Of a stretch of DNA of 64,000 bases, positions 55,793-64,000 are shown piece after piece (position 1 is the stretch's first letter; every line of letters begins with the position of its first letter). Source of the DNA: Minisyncoccota bacterium. Its GTDB lineage: Bacteria; Patescibacteriota; Minisyncoccia; Phycocordibacterales; UBA9973. The stretch lies in contig JBAZXM010000001.1 in NCBI GenBank assembly GCA_041659845.1, forward strand, positions 124 through 64,123. Direction: 5' to 3'. The notes under the pieces were generated by a model. It was not told the origin of the DNA. It saw only the letters and a program-made list of their open reading frames with translations, and did no database searches. A program made the translations under genes and the position numbers.

Positions 55793-56716
55793 TTATTTTG
55801 TATGCAGATGCATGTAGATGTTTTCGAGGGCTTTGACGGCGTCGCCGGCGGCTATGTTGTTCTGGTGGTAGAGGCCGTCGGTGCAGTCGCCAGCGGCCCA
55901 TATGCCTTCTATTGATGTCATCTGGGTGCGAGGGTCGACTTTGATTTTTTTGTTTTCATCAAGCATGACGAGTGAGGAAGCGAAGCCGGTATTCGGGATT
56001 TGCCCAATTTCCACGAAGATTCCAGTGACAGGCAGGGTATGTATTTCGTTTGTGATTTTATCTTTATAAACGATTCCGTTTACGAATTTATCACCTGTGA
56101 TTTCCAGAATTTCCAAATTCTTTATCGCTTTCATTTTCGGATTTTTCAATACAGCGTTCACCGTAATTTCATCAGCGCGAAATTCAGCGCTGCGGTGGAG
56201 GAGTGTTACGCTTTTACAGTATGCCAGCAACTGTGCTGCGGATTCGAATCCGGCATTCCCACCGCCGATGACTACAACATCCTGCCCAGAAAAAAGTGGA
56301 CCATCGCAAGTAGCGCAATAAGTGAGGCCTTTATTTTCATAAATATCCGCATTCTTGGCTTCAATTTTTCTTCGGCTTGAACCTGTGACAATAAGTGCAG
56401 TTTTCGCTTCATATGAGCCTTTGTCAGTTGATACGGAAAAATGATCATTAAGTTTAGTTATACCATTAGCTATTTCGCTTTCTTTAATAGTCAAAAACTC
56501 GCCTTCATAGGCTTTTATATGCTTTTTTAAATTACCTGCAAGGTCACTGCCGGAAATTGTTTCCGTGCCTATCCAATTATATATTTCAGTGGATACGCTT
56601 GATTGCCCGCCGAATTCGGCAGTTACGAGTAATGTCCTTAATTGTTTACGTGCCGCATACACTGCACCAGCAGCACCGGCAGGTCCGCCACCTAAAATTA
56701 TAAGATCGTAAATCAT
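55793..56716 (-). CDS. trxB: Thioredoxin reductase/AhpF-like oxidoreductase
   Basis: GGGPAG, CATCDG, GGGNAG, AAGD. Confidence 0.9.
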   Translation of the reverse strand: MIYDLIILGGGPAGAAGAVYAARKQLRTLLVTAEFGGQSSVSTEIYNWIGTETISGSDLAGNLKKHIKAYEGEFLTIKESEIANGITKLNDHFSVSTDKGSYEAKTALIVTGSSRRKIEAKNADIYENKGLTYCATCDGPLFSGQDVVVIGGGNAGFESAAQLLAYCKSVTLLHRSAEFRADEITVNAVLKNPKMKAIKNLEILEITGDKFVNGIVYKDKITNEIHTLPVTGIFVEIGQIPNTGFASSLVMLDENKKIKVDPRTQMTSIEGIWAAGDCTDGLYHQNNIAAGDAVKALENIYMHLHTK

Positions 56717-56752
56717 TTATTTTAAAAATTATTTATAGTGAGAAATCTCGAA

Positions 56753-57919
56753 CTATTTCTTGCCACGGCGTAAAAATGCCGGGACCGCGCTCCAATCTTC
56801 CATTTCTTCATCGTCGATAATTATTTCTTCAACTTGTTTCTTCTCAGTTTTTTGCACAGGAATTTCAGATTGAATAGGTAGAGAATTGTTAATTTCTCTC
56901 CTCTCTTCTTTTTCAGTCTTTTGTGATGATACGAATGGAGAGAACAAAGTCTTTCTTGGAGCATCAGTAGGAAAACCAGTTGCAATTACTGTGACTCTTA
57001 TTTCACCCTTCTTTAAGCGTTCGTCTTTGATTGTGCCGAATATCACTTTAGCTTCCTTATCAATTGATTCAGTGATAACCTTCGCTGCTTCTTGGATTTC
57101 GAGGATCCCAAGATCATCTCCGCCTGAAATAGCGAATAGCACACCCTTTGCACCATTAATTGATACATCAAGAAGAGGTGAATTAATAGCATCTGTAGCG
57201 GCCTTTGTAGCTCTGCCTTCACCTGAAGCGGAGCCGATGCCCATGAGTGCTGTACCGGCATCGGACATGATCGCTTTAATATCGGCAAAGTCGACATTAA
57301 TGATACCAGGAGTAGTGATGAGGTCGGAAATGCCTTCTACGGCTTGGCGAAGGATTTCATCACACATTGCGAATGCTTGTTTGAATCCAGTATCCTTGCC
57401 AGCGATTGAAAGGAGGCGATCATTCGGGATTATTAGAATCGCATCGACTTCTTTTTCAAGTTCTTCGAGTCCGCGATCGGCAAGCTTGCCGCGCTGATTG
57501 CCTTCAAATGAAAAAGGTTTCGTAACGACAGCGACAGTAAGTATACCTTGCTCTTTTGCTGCCTGTGCAACTATAGGCGCGGCTCCCGTGCCTGTACCGC
57601 CTCCCATTCCAGATGCGATGAAAATCATATCTGCGCCCTTGATGACATCTTGGATTTCCGCCTTGGTTTCTTCCGCTGCACGCTTGCCGATTTCCGGGTT
57701 CATGCCGGCGCCTAAGCCTTTGGTTAGATTTTTACCCAAGTGGATTTTTCTGTCTGCAAGAGAATTATGCAGATCTTGAGTATCGGTATTCATAACGATG
57801 AATTCAACACCGCGGACTTTTGAACTGATCATGTGGTTGAGAGCGTTCTTCCCGGAGCCACCGACACCGATAACTTTAATTCGAGCAAATGTTTCTATTT
57901 CAGGATTGATTTTTGGCAT
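56753..57919 (-). CDS. ftsZ: Cell division protein FtsZ
   Basis: GMGGGTGTG, NVDFAD, C-terminal VPAFLRR. Confidence 0.98.
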   Translation of the reverse strand: MPKINPEIETFARIKVIGVGGSGKNALNHMISSKVRGVEFIVMNTDTQDLHNSLADRKIHLGKNLTKGLGAGMNPEIGKRAAEETKAEIQDVIKGADMIFIASGMGGGTGTGAAPIVAQAAKEQGILTVAVVTKPFSFEGNQRGKLADRGLEELEKEVDAILIIPNDRLLSIAGKDTGFKQAFAMCDEILRQAVEGISDLITTPGIINVDFADIKAIMSDAGTALMGIGSASGEGRATKAATDAINSPLLDVSINGAKGVLFAISGGDDLGILEIQEAAKVITESIDKEAKVIFGTIKDERLKKGEIRVTVIATGFPTDAPRKTLFSPFVSSQKTEKEERREINNSLPIQSEIPVQKTEKKQVEEIIIDDEEMEDWSAVPAFLRRGKK

Positions 57920-58022
57920 ACAGATTTAATAAAATAATAAAAGTATATCACCCATAATAGCAACAAAGGGAGTATGGTGCAAATATGGAAGTTTTGAAGA
58001 TTTCTATATTAAATATTAGTTT

Positions 58023-59189
58023 TTATGGTAGAAGTTGTTTTACAACATTACCAATAAAACGTTTAAAAGACTTGAATGATTCATTTATTGAGCCGGGCTC
58101 TGAACCGTTTTGAGGGTCTATACCTGAAATACAGAGGCCGAGAGCTACGAACCAAGATGAGTCGCGAGGCTTGATCTTTGATTGGGCGAAATATTCCGCT
58201 GTGCCGATTTTCGCTGGTAGTTTGAGAGAGTGTTTCGCGAGGTCTTCAATGAGTGGGAGATTTGACCCACCACCTGTAATTATTATACCGGCAGGCAAGA
58301 GCGCACTTCTGCCGATTTTCTTCAAATGCTTTTCAATGAGTTCAAAGATATCGCTGAGCCGAGCTTCTATGATTTCATCAAGTTTCTTTTTCGGATAATT
58401 CGAAATCATACTGCCGATTTTAATACCCTCTGCTTCCTCAAGTGGAATTTTCAGGCCGAGTGCTATGTCTTTAGTGATTTCCGTTCCGCCGATTGAGAAT
58501 ACTTGAAGTGAAATGATATTTCCGTTTTCGAAAGTTGCAATTGAAACGGTTTCCGCACCGATATTAGCAAGTATGCATCCGGCAATTTTTTGTTTATCAG
58601 TGAGAGTTACTAGGCTTGCGGCCATAGGGGATGCGATTACATTAATGACATCAACTCCAGCCTCGCTGACAGCAACTATCAAATCTTCTAAATGTTGAGC
58701 TAAGCAAGTGACGAAAAGAGTCTTTACCTCAAGCTTAGTACCCTGCATGCCATCCGGCCGGCCATGGATGTCTTTACCATCGAGACGATAGGAGATCGGG
58801 ACGGTTTGGATTATTTTTTTATTTGAAAGCTCTAAAGTCTCTTCAGCACCATCTATGGCTTTTGATATATCAAGCTTTGTGACTTCGTGATCTCCGCGGG
58901 AGACGATAGCGACGCCAGCGGCTGTTTCTGAACTCAAAGAAATTCCTCCGATAGATACGAATGCTCTCTTTATTTTAATCTGTGAATTTTTTTCGGCTTC
59001 TGCTACTGCCTTTTGAATACTTTTAACAGCTTCAGACATATTAGTAATATAGCCGTGTCGGAGCCCTCGAGATTCAGCAGAGCCTATACCTATGATGCGG
59101 GGGAATTGTTCGTCCTTCACGCGTTCAGCCACGACGACACGAACAGTCGAGGTACCTACATCTATGCCGATGGTGATGTTGCGGATCAT
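58023..59189 (-). CDS. ftsA: Cell division protein FtsA
   Basis: GIDVGT, G...G.I, GG..IT.DI..GL, AE.IK, ITGGGS; directly upstream of ftsZ. Confidence 0.95.
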   Translation of the reverse strand: MIRNITIGIDVGTSTVRVVVAERVKDEQFPRIIGIGSAESRGLRHGYITNMSEAVKSIQKAVAEAEKNSQIKIKRAFVSIGGISLSSETAAGVAIVSRGDHEVTKLDISKAIDGAEETLELSNKKIIQTVPISYRLDGKDIHGRPDGMQGTKLEVKTLFVTCLAQHLEDLIVAVSEAGVDVINVIASPMAASLVTLTDKQKIAGCILANIGAETVSIATFENGNIISLQVFSIGGTEITKDIALGLKIPLEEAEGIKIGSMISNYPKKKLDEIIEARLSDIFELIEKHLKKIGRSALLPAGIIITGGGSNLPLIEDLAKHSLKLPAKIGTAEYFAQSKIKPRDSSWFVALGLCISGIDPQNGSEPGSINESFKSFKRFIGNVVKQLLP

Positions 59190-59249
59190 TGAAAGTAATT
59201 ACGAATTACAAATTATTAATTAAGAACGAAAACCCAACTTTTACATATT

Positions 59250-59642
59250 TTAAAAGTTGAACTTTTTCGAGAGTCGCACTTCTTGCTTTTCCATTATACT
59301 CCCATGAGCCATTCCTTTCAAATGAAGCAATCCGTGGATAAAGATAAAGCCTAAAAACTTCTCATAAGATTTTCCAAATTGAGGCGCCTCGCGCTTTACT
59401 GTTTCTAGATTAATCACCATTTCACCGGAAGTTTTAGAAAGCGGAAAGCTGAGCACGTTTGGCACATAATCTTTGCCACGGTAACGAATATTGAGTTCCT
59501 GTGCCAGCTTTTTTGAAGCGAAGACAATAGAGAGTTCATATTTTTTCCCAAGCACTTTTTCTTTGATGTCCAAAAAAGGCAAGCGTGGGAGCTTGCCTTT
59601 TTTCGGTTTCCGGATTGTTATTGTTTCCGAAACATTTTTCAT
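59250..59642 (-). CDS. ybeY: rRNA maturation RNase YbeY
   Basis: LN..YR.KD...NVLSF, HGLLHL.G..H. Confidence 0.93.
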   Translation of the reverse strand: MKNVSETITIRKPKKGKLPRLPFLDIKEKVLGKKYELSIVFASKKLAQELNIRYRGKDYVPNVLSFPLSKTSGEMVINLETVKREAPQFGKSYEKFLGFIFIHGLLHLKGMAHGSIMEKQEVRLSKKFNF

Positions 59643-59645
59643 TTT

Positions 59646-59870
59646 TTACATTTTGCCGAGCTTTTTCAATTTCTCAACTTCTTTTCGGCGAGCCATTTTT
59701 TTAAGAGCTACTGTTTTCAGTGAAAGTTTTGACTTCGGGCGCTGGTTGTAACGGTTGGCCTTTACATGCCTGACAGTGCCGGACTCTATCATCTTTCGCG
59801 AAAATCTGCGGAGCAGACTTGCGTTGTTTTCATTTGCGTTTTTCTTGACTTCGATAATCGTTGTTGACAT
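59646..59870 (-). CDS. rpsU: 30S ribosomal protein bS21
   Basis: EV.K..NE....LLRRF.RK...SG; basic, 74 aa. Confidence 0.8.
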   Translation of the reverse strand: MSTTIIEVKKNANENNASLLRRFSRKMIESGTVRHVKANRYNQRPKSKLSLKTVALKKMARRKEVEKLKKLGKM

Positions 59871-60003
59871 GGCGTGATAATAGCATAGGAAAATAAAACC
59901 CGCAACTGGAATGTGAGCCGGATACTCGGGATTGTTTAAGGGAGAGGAGAAATAAAAAAAGTATCACGGTTTAAGTGATACTTTCTGTAAAAAATTCATT
60001 TTA

Positions 60004-60237
60004 CTACTCCCTAGGAAATTCAACTTTTATTCCTTTTGGTAAACGAAATTCTACTTTGGTTGTAATACTAATTGGATCATCTTCTTGGATTGTGTTGTCA
60101 ACAATGCCACCATTAGCACGTATGAGCGTAAAAACCTTAGTTCTGAGAATTCGGTGGGGTCTTATTTCACGACCATCTGTACAGATAAATTTAATGTGTT
60201 TTACGTATTCAACACCAGGCACTTCATAGGTTTTCAT
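60004..60237 (-). CDS. Small hypothetical protein (solo cassette)
   Basis: TTGACA-17-TATCGT promoter, A-rich leader, downstream hairpin AAAGTATCAC/GTGATACTTT. Confidence 0.6.
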   Translation of the reverse strand: MKTYEVPGVEYVKHIKFICTDGREIRPHRILRTKVFTLIRANGGIVDNTIQEDDPISITTKVEFRLPKGIKVEFPRE

Positions 60238-60352
60238 TTCATTTTATTTTTAAGGTTTGTTTGCCCACACGATAGCATGGAGTATTTGACTTGTCAATGG
60301 TATATGCTATACTCCTCAATATTGTTTAACTAGTTATTTAAAAATAGTAAAT

Positions 60353-60709
60353 ATGATATCGAAAAGCTCAAAAAGCCTACTAGGCTATTACTTTGATTTT
60401 TGTGAAAAATCTTTGTTTTTAAAAGATTTTTTTGAAAAAATTTATGATAAGAAAAAACTCTCAGACGATGATTTATGCATGCTTTTAGGAATAATTGAGA
60501 AAGGAGAAAAAGATCTGGAAAGTGTTTGTTTTTGGCGAGAACAAATACTAGAAGATTTTAAAAAAGAAAAAGTGGAATTGAAAAGAAAACAAATACTCAT
60601 TTTCATTCAAAGAAATAATGCAATGAAAAAAGAAATTCAAGTTTGTAGGCAGATTCTAAAAAAGCTTAATGAAAAATGGAATTCTATTGAAGGATTCGCT
60701 AACGAATAA
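60353..60709 (+). CDS. Hypothetical helical protein (solo cassette)
   Basis: TTGACT..TATACT promoter and downstream terminator. Confidence 0.6.
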   Translation: MISKSSKSLLGYYFDFCEKSLFLKDFFEKIYDKKKLSDDDLCMLLGIIEKGEKDLESVCFWREQILEDFKKEKVELKRKQILIFIQRNNAMKKEIQVCRQILKKLNEKWNSIEGFANE

Positions 60710-60785
60710 AATATTTCTTTATTCGCAATCTTAAACCCATCTTTTTAAAGAAGATGGGTTTTTTAATATTCTGTTAGTTAAATTA

Positions 60786-62705
60786 CTAAAACAAATTCTC
60801 CGGGTTTACTTCGATTTGAAACGATGGAGGGAGGGAAGTGAGAAGGTCGGAAAGAGTGGTATCGAATGTGCCTGTACCTGCGAGGATAGGCTTTTGCCAT
60901 GTTTCAGGCTTGATTTTGAGAATCATGAGTGTGGTGTCGAAACCTTTTATTTTTGGAATGCCAGCGGGGATGATGTCAGGTGCGTAATTGGCAAAAATCT
61001 TTGCAAGGTTATCCTTCACCGCAATTGTGTCGAATGGTTTTGTCTTTACTGTAACTTTTATAAGTGTCGAGAATGGCGGATAGTTGAGCATTTTGCGATC
61101 GTGTAGTTCTCCACGATAAAAATCAGTGAGATTACCGGAATGCAGATATCCAAGAATTTGCTCTTCAGGGTTTTTCGTCTGGATTAGGAGCGGCATATCT
61201 GAGAGCGCCTGTAAGATGGCGACCAGCTGGACTATTTTTTCTCCTATGCGGAATGACGGCAAGGAAAAGAGCGAGTCAAAAGAAATAATCGCAACAGCCC
61301 CAACCTTCTCATTAAGGTGCGAGAGCGCAAGCTCTGTGCCGACTAATATTGCGCCTTTGGTTTTGTAAAATTGCTCGGCAATTTTTTTGCCTTGGGCCCT
61401 CGTCTTTACCTTTTCCGCATCGATGATAAAGATTGAAATATCTGGGAAAAGCTTTTTCACCGCTTCCGCTGTATTTTCGGTACCGATGCCGAGTGTGGTC
61501 AAGTTCCAGCTTCCGCAGTTTTTACAGCGAGTTTTCGGATTATATATTTTTTTGCACATCGGACATCTATAAGTAGATCCATTATCTTTTTTAAAAAGTA
61601 TAAGTGGTGCTGTGCAAGTATCACAAAGGACAGTAGTTGAACAGTCATTACAAACAGTTGAAGGCGCGAGACCTTTGCGAAGTGTGAAGAGAAAAATATT
61701 TTGTCCATTTTTTACAACGTCTTCAACTAATCTTTTCGATTCGTCGCTTATTATTCTGAATTCTTTTTTCTCGCCGTCTGTTTTAATATTTGTAGGTACT
61801 ATTATCGGTCTCGCACCATGCAGGCGGAATGATGGCAACGCAAGCTCGGAGAGTTCATGTTCATTGTAGCGTTCGATAGTCTCAGCTCTGACGAGCGTGT
61901 CAGCGAGAATAAGCCGACTTTCGATTTCACTCGCGAAAAGTTCGGCAAATAAACGGAGATCTATGAATGGCCGAGAGATTGTCTTATAAGAGCTTGAGCT
62001 CTCACGTTCTACAATGATGGTGCCCAGGTCTCCACGCGGTATTGAAAGAAAGGGCGCGGTCCCGACGATAATGACAGGATGCAGATTTTTCATGATTGCT
62101 TCATATGATTCAAGTAATTTCTTTTTTGAAAATTCACCGTGGACCAAATATGCATTATCTTCGACCCCTTTCTTTAGGATTTCATGGAAGCGCGTCGCTT
62201 CATGGATGGTCGGCAGGACGAAGAAAATAGATTTCTTACGGGCGAATGATTGGCGTATTTCCATTCGATATGATTCCAATCGCTCTTCATATGCCGCTTG
62301 AAAGATGAGCTTTTCTTTTGAAATGTTTTTCTTCTCATTTTCAAGAAGCATAGATGCGGATAATTTTTCACATGCTTCAAGAAAGATTGTCGGGATTAAT
62401 GCGGTTAAAGCAGATGAAAGAGATGCAGCGTGGATCTTTGCGATACTTTTCACTGCGCAGATAAATGTGGGGGAGAATGGCGGATGTTCGAGTATTTTCT
62501 CTATTTTCTTTAAATGGAATGCGGATGATTTTATTCGTGATTTAGCATCAGCAAGTGGCTCGGAACCTGTGGAAAGGCCTATGATTTTTTTTGTGCGGAC
62601 GCTTGTTATCACAAGCCTGCCAGGCTCTATAGGCTCTGACGAAAAATAAGTAAGCTCTTCTTTAAAGATACCTCGTGCTATCGGGATGATGGTTACTATA
62701 TGCAT
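60786..62705 (-). CDS. priA: Primosomal protein N' (PriA), CPR-type with degenerate helicase motifs
   Basis: CNDC/CDTC/CPMC/CKNC zinc motifs, GIGTE, R....YPPF; canonical Walker A and DEEH are absent. Confidence 0.88.
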   Translation of the reverse strand: MHIVTIIPIARGIFKEELTYFSSEPIEPGRLVITSVRTKKIIGLSTGSEPLADAKSRIKSSAFHLKKIEKILEHPPFSPTFICAVKSIAKIHAASLSSALTALIPTIFLEACEKLSASMLLENEKKNISKEKLIFQAAYEERLESYRMEIRQSFARKKSIFFVLPTIHEATRFHEILKKGVEDNAYLVHGEFSKKKLLESYEAIMKNLHPVIIVGTAPFLSIPRGDLGTIIVERESSSSYKTISRPFIDLRLFAELFASEIESRLILADTLVRAETIERYNEHELSELALPSFRLHGARPIIVPTNIKTDGEKKEFRIISDESKRLVEDVVKNGQNIFLFTLRKGLAPSTVCNDCSTTVLCDTCTAPLILFKKDNGSTYRCPMCKKIYNPKTRCKNCGSWNLTTLGIGTENTAEAVKKLFPDISIFIIDAEKVKTRAQGKKIAEQFYKTKGAILVGTELALSHLNEKVGAVAIISFDSLFSLPSFRIGEKIVQLVAILQALSDMPLLIQTKNPEEQILGYLHSGNLTDFYRGELHDRKMLNYPPFSTLIKVTVKTKPFDTIAVKDNLAKIFANYAPDIIPAGIPKIKGFDTTLMILKIKPETWQKPILAGTGTFDTTLSDLLTSLPPSFQIEVNPENLF

Positions 62706-62795
62706 TACATAAAGGGTAGCATATCGACACTTTGTGTTCACCTTTACTTTTCTTTTACTTAGTTCATACTTTAACTAAATCAAAAATGTTCCCTA

Positions 62796-63209
62796 ATGAA
62801 AAAAGTCAAAAAGTGGCTGATTTTGGGAATATTCCTAAAACTCATCCAGGTGATAGGCATATCATTTGTTTATCATCCACTGTTTGTTTTCCTTGAGAAT
62901 TTTAATTTCGGAGGAATATGGCAGCGCTTAGCTCTTCTTGTTGTCATTAATGTAATCTTTATATTTCTCTGGTATCCGCGAGATTCGAAATTAAATGTTT
63001 TACAAATGTTCGCGCTTTCGCTTGCAATTGCATGTGTGCCTACAATTTCGATTGTATTTTCTTTTTCACTGGGATCGGAATTTACTATTGTGATGAAATT
63101 ATGCGGATGGCTGATTGCAATTTTCGTAATAGTGTTCGGTATGGTTCTCCCATTTAAATGGTATAGAAAAGGGGATGGCGAAGATGAGTCCGATAGTTCT
63201 AAAACATAA
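62796..63209 (+). CDS. Hypothetical 4-TM membrane protein
   Basis: Four hydrophobic segments; downstream hairpin. Confidence 0.7.
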   Translation: MKKVKKWLILGIFLKLIQVIGISFVYHPLFVFLENFNFGGIWQRLALLVVINVIFIFLWYPRDSKLNVLQMFALSLAIACVPTISIVFSFSLGSEFTIVMKLCGWLIAIFVIVFGMVLPFKWYRKGDGEDESDSSKT

Positions 63210-63321
63210 AACCCTCATCACTATTCACGTGCATGAGGGTTTTTAAATTGCATTTTTATTTCATTTACAAAAAACTTCTATTATTGTAGTATAGAACAAA
63301 AGATTTTTAAAAATATAAAAT

Positions 63322-64000
63322 ATGACACTACAGAAATTACGATTTGTCCCATCTCTCGAACAGATAGAGAGGGATGCGATTGAGCTTTCCACGAAAGCTA
63401 TTAAAGACAAACTTTTCCCGGGATGCGTGATTGGAATTATGACACCTGATGGGAAATTTATTTCTTCTGCTGGATCTCATACTTATGACGCTAACGCAGT
63501 TAATGTTACCGAAGATTCGATGTTTGATATTTCTTCACTCACGAAGGCGGTTGTTTCATCTACTTGCTTGCACTTAATAGACCGAGGAATGCTTTCGCTT
63601 GAAACAAAAGTACAAGATATCCTCCCGGAGTTTGAAGGACAATATGCAGATGAAGTGGATATCAAGCATTTATTGACGTTTACCGTTGAGCTCGCAATTG
63701 ACGAGCCATTATGGCATCTTCAAAGCGGGGAAGCTATACTTGATAGAATCATGACTGCAGGGCTCAAACATCCGCCGGGCCAAGGCCACTTCTATCACAA
63801 TTCCACGAGTATTATTCTTGGAAAAATTTTGGAAGAAGTTACAGGTTTCAGGCTTGATTTCTTGCTTAAGAAGTTTATTTTTTCTAGGCTCGGGATGCAC
63901 GATACGACATTTTGTCCTCGTAAAAATTATTCGATGGACAAGATTGTTCCCACAGAAAATGATACAACTTGGAGAATGAGGCTTTTGCACGGAGAAGTTC
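63322..64000 (+). CDS. Serine hydrolase, beta-lactamase/class C family (3'-truncated by window edge)
   Basis: Manual translation gives FPGCVI, FDISSLTK (SxxK), HLLT, FY.N, LGM.DT.F. Confidence 0.88.
   Translation, partial: MTLQKLRFVPSLEQIERDAIELSTKAIKDKLFPGCVIGIMTPDGKFISSAGSHTYDANAVNVTEDSMFDISSLTKAVVSSTCLHLIDRGMLSLETKVQDILPEFEGQYADEVDIKHLLTFTVELAIDEPLWHLQSGEAILDRIMTAGLKHPPGQGHFYHNSTSIILGKILEEVTGFRLDFLLKKFIFSRLGMHDTTFCPRKNYSMDKIVPTENDTTWRMRLLHGEV

Noticed and set aside
59871-60000. Possible ncRNA upstream of rpsU
   Set aside because: No recognisable tmRNA, RNase P, SRP or riboswitch motif. Only a terminator and the rpsU promoter are evident.

Overview
This is a chromosomal fragment of a Patescibacteria/CPR bacterium, most likely Parcubacteria. 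That assignment is inferred from gene content and protein features. TGA is used as a stop, so the genetic code is 11. The backbone is housekeeping: proS, mreBC, tgt, uvrBAC, a degenerate ddl, rlmB, ychF, leuS, murJ, lepA, valS, tsaD, gmk, truB, trxB, ftsZA, ybeY, rpsU, priA and 7 tRNAs. There are seven main signals beyond the backbone. (1) A ~280-bp unit made of a stand-alone GIY-YIG gene between perfect 14-bp inverted repeats, whose right arm holds the GIY-YIG stop codon and overlaps the leuS start codon. (2) Many palindromic or multi-hairpin DNA elements sitting in frame inside core genes (tsaD, leuS twice, udg, uvrC twice, truB) and next to tRNAs, resembling Rickettsia palindromic elements; the GIY-YIG unit is a candidate mobiliser. 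(3) Four divergent monocistronic paralogs between tRNA-Val and tRNA-Ser that look like histidine-phosphatase folds without the catalytic RHG motif. (4) A decayed tRNA-Ala island carrying a truncated Bacteroidota-type T9SS cargo gene, plus other Bacteroidota-like genes that may point to the host. (5) A LeuRS with an inserted Nudix domain. (6) A 7-repeat propeller/S74-chaperone adhesin next to a VirD4-like ATPase. (7) Two promoter architectures: apparently leaderless core genes versus leadered single-gene cassettes. All family calls come from motif recognition by eye; no database searches were run.
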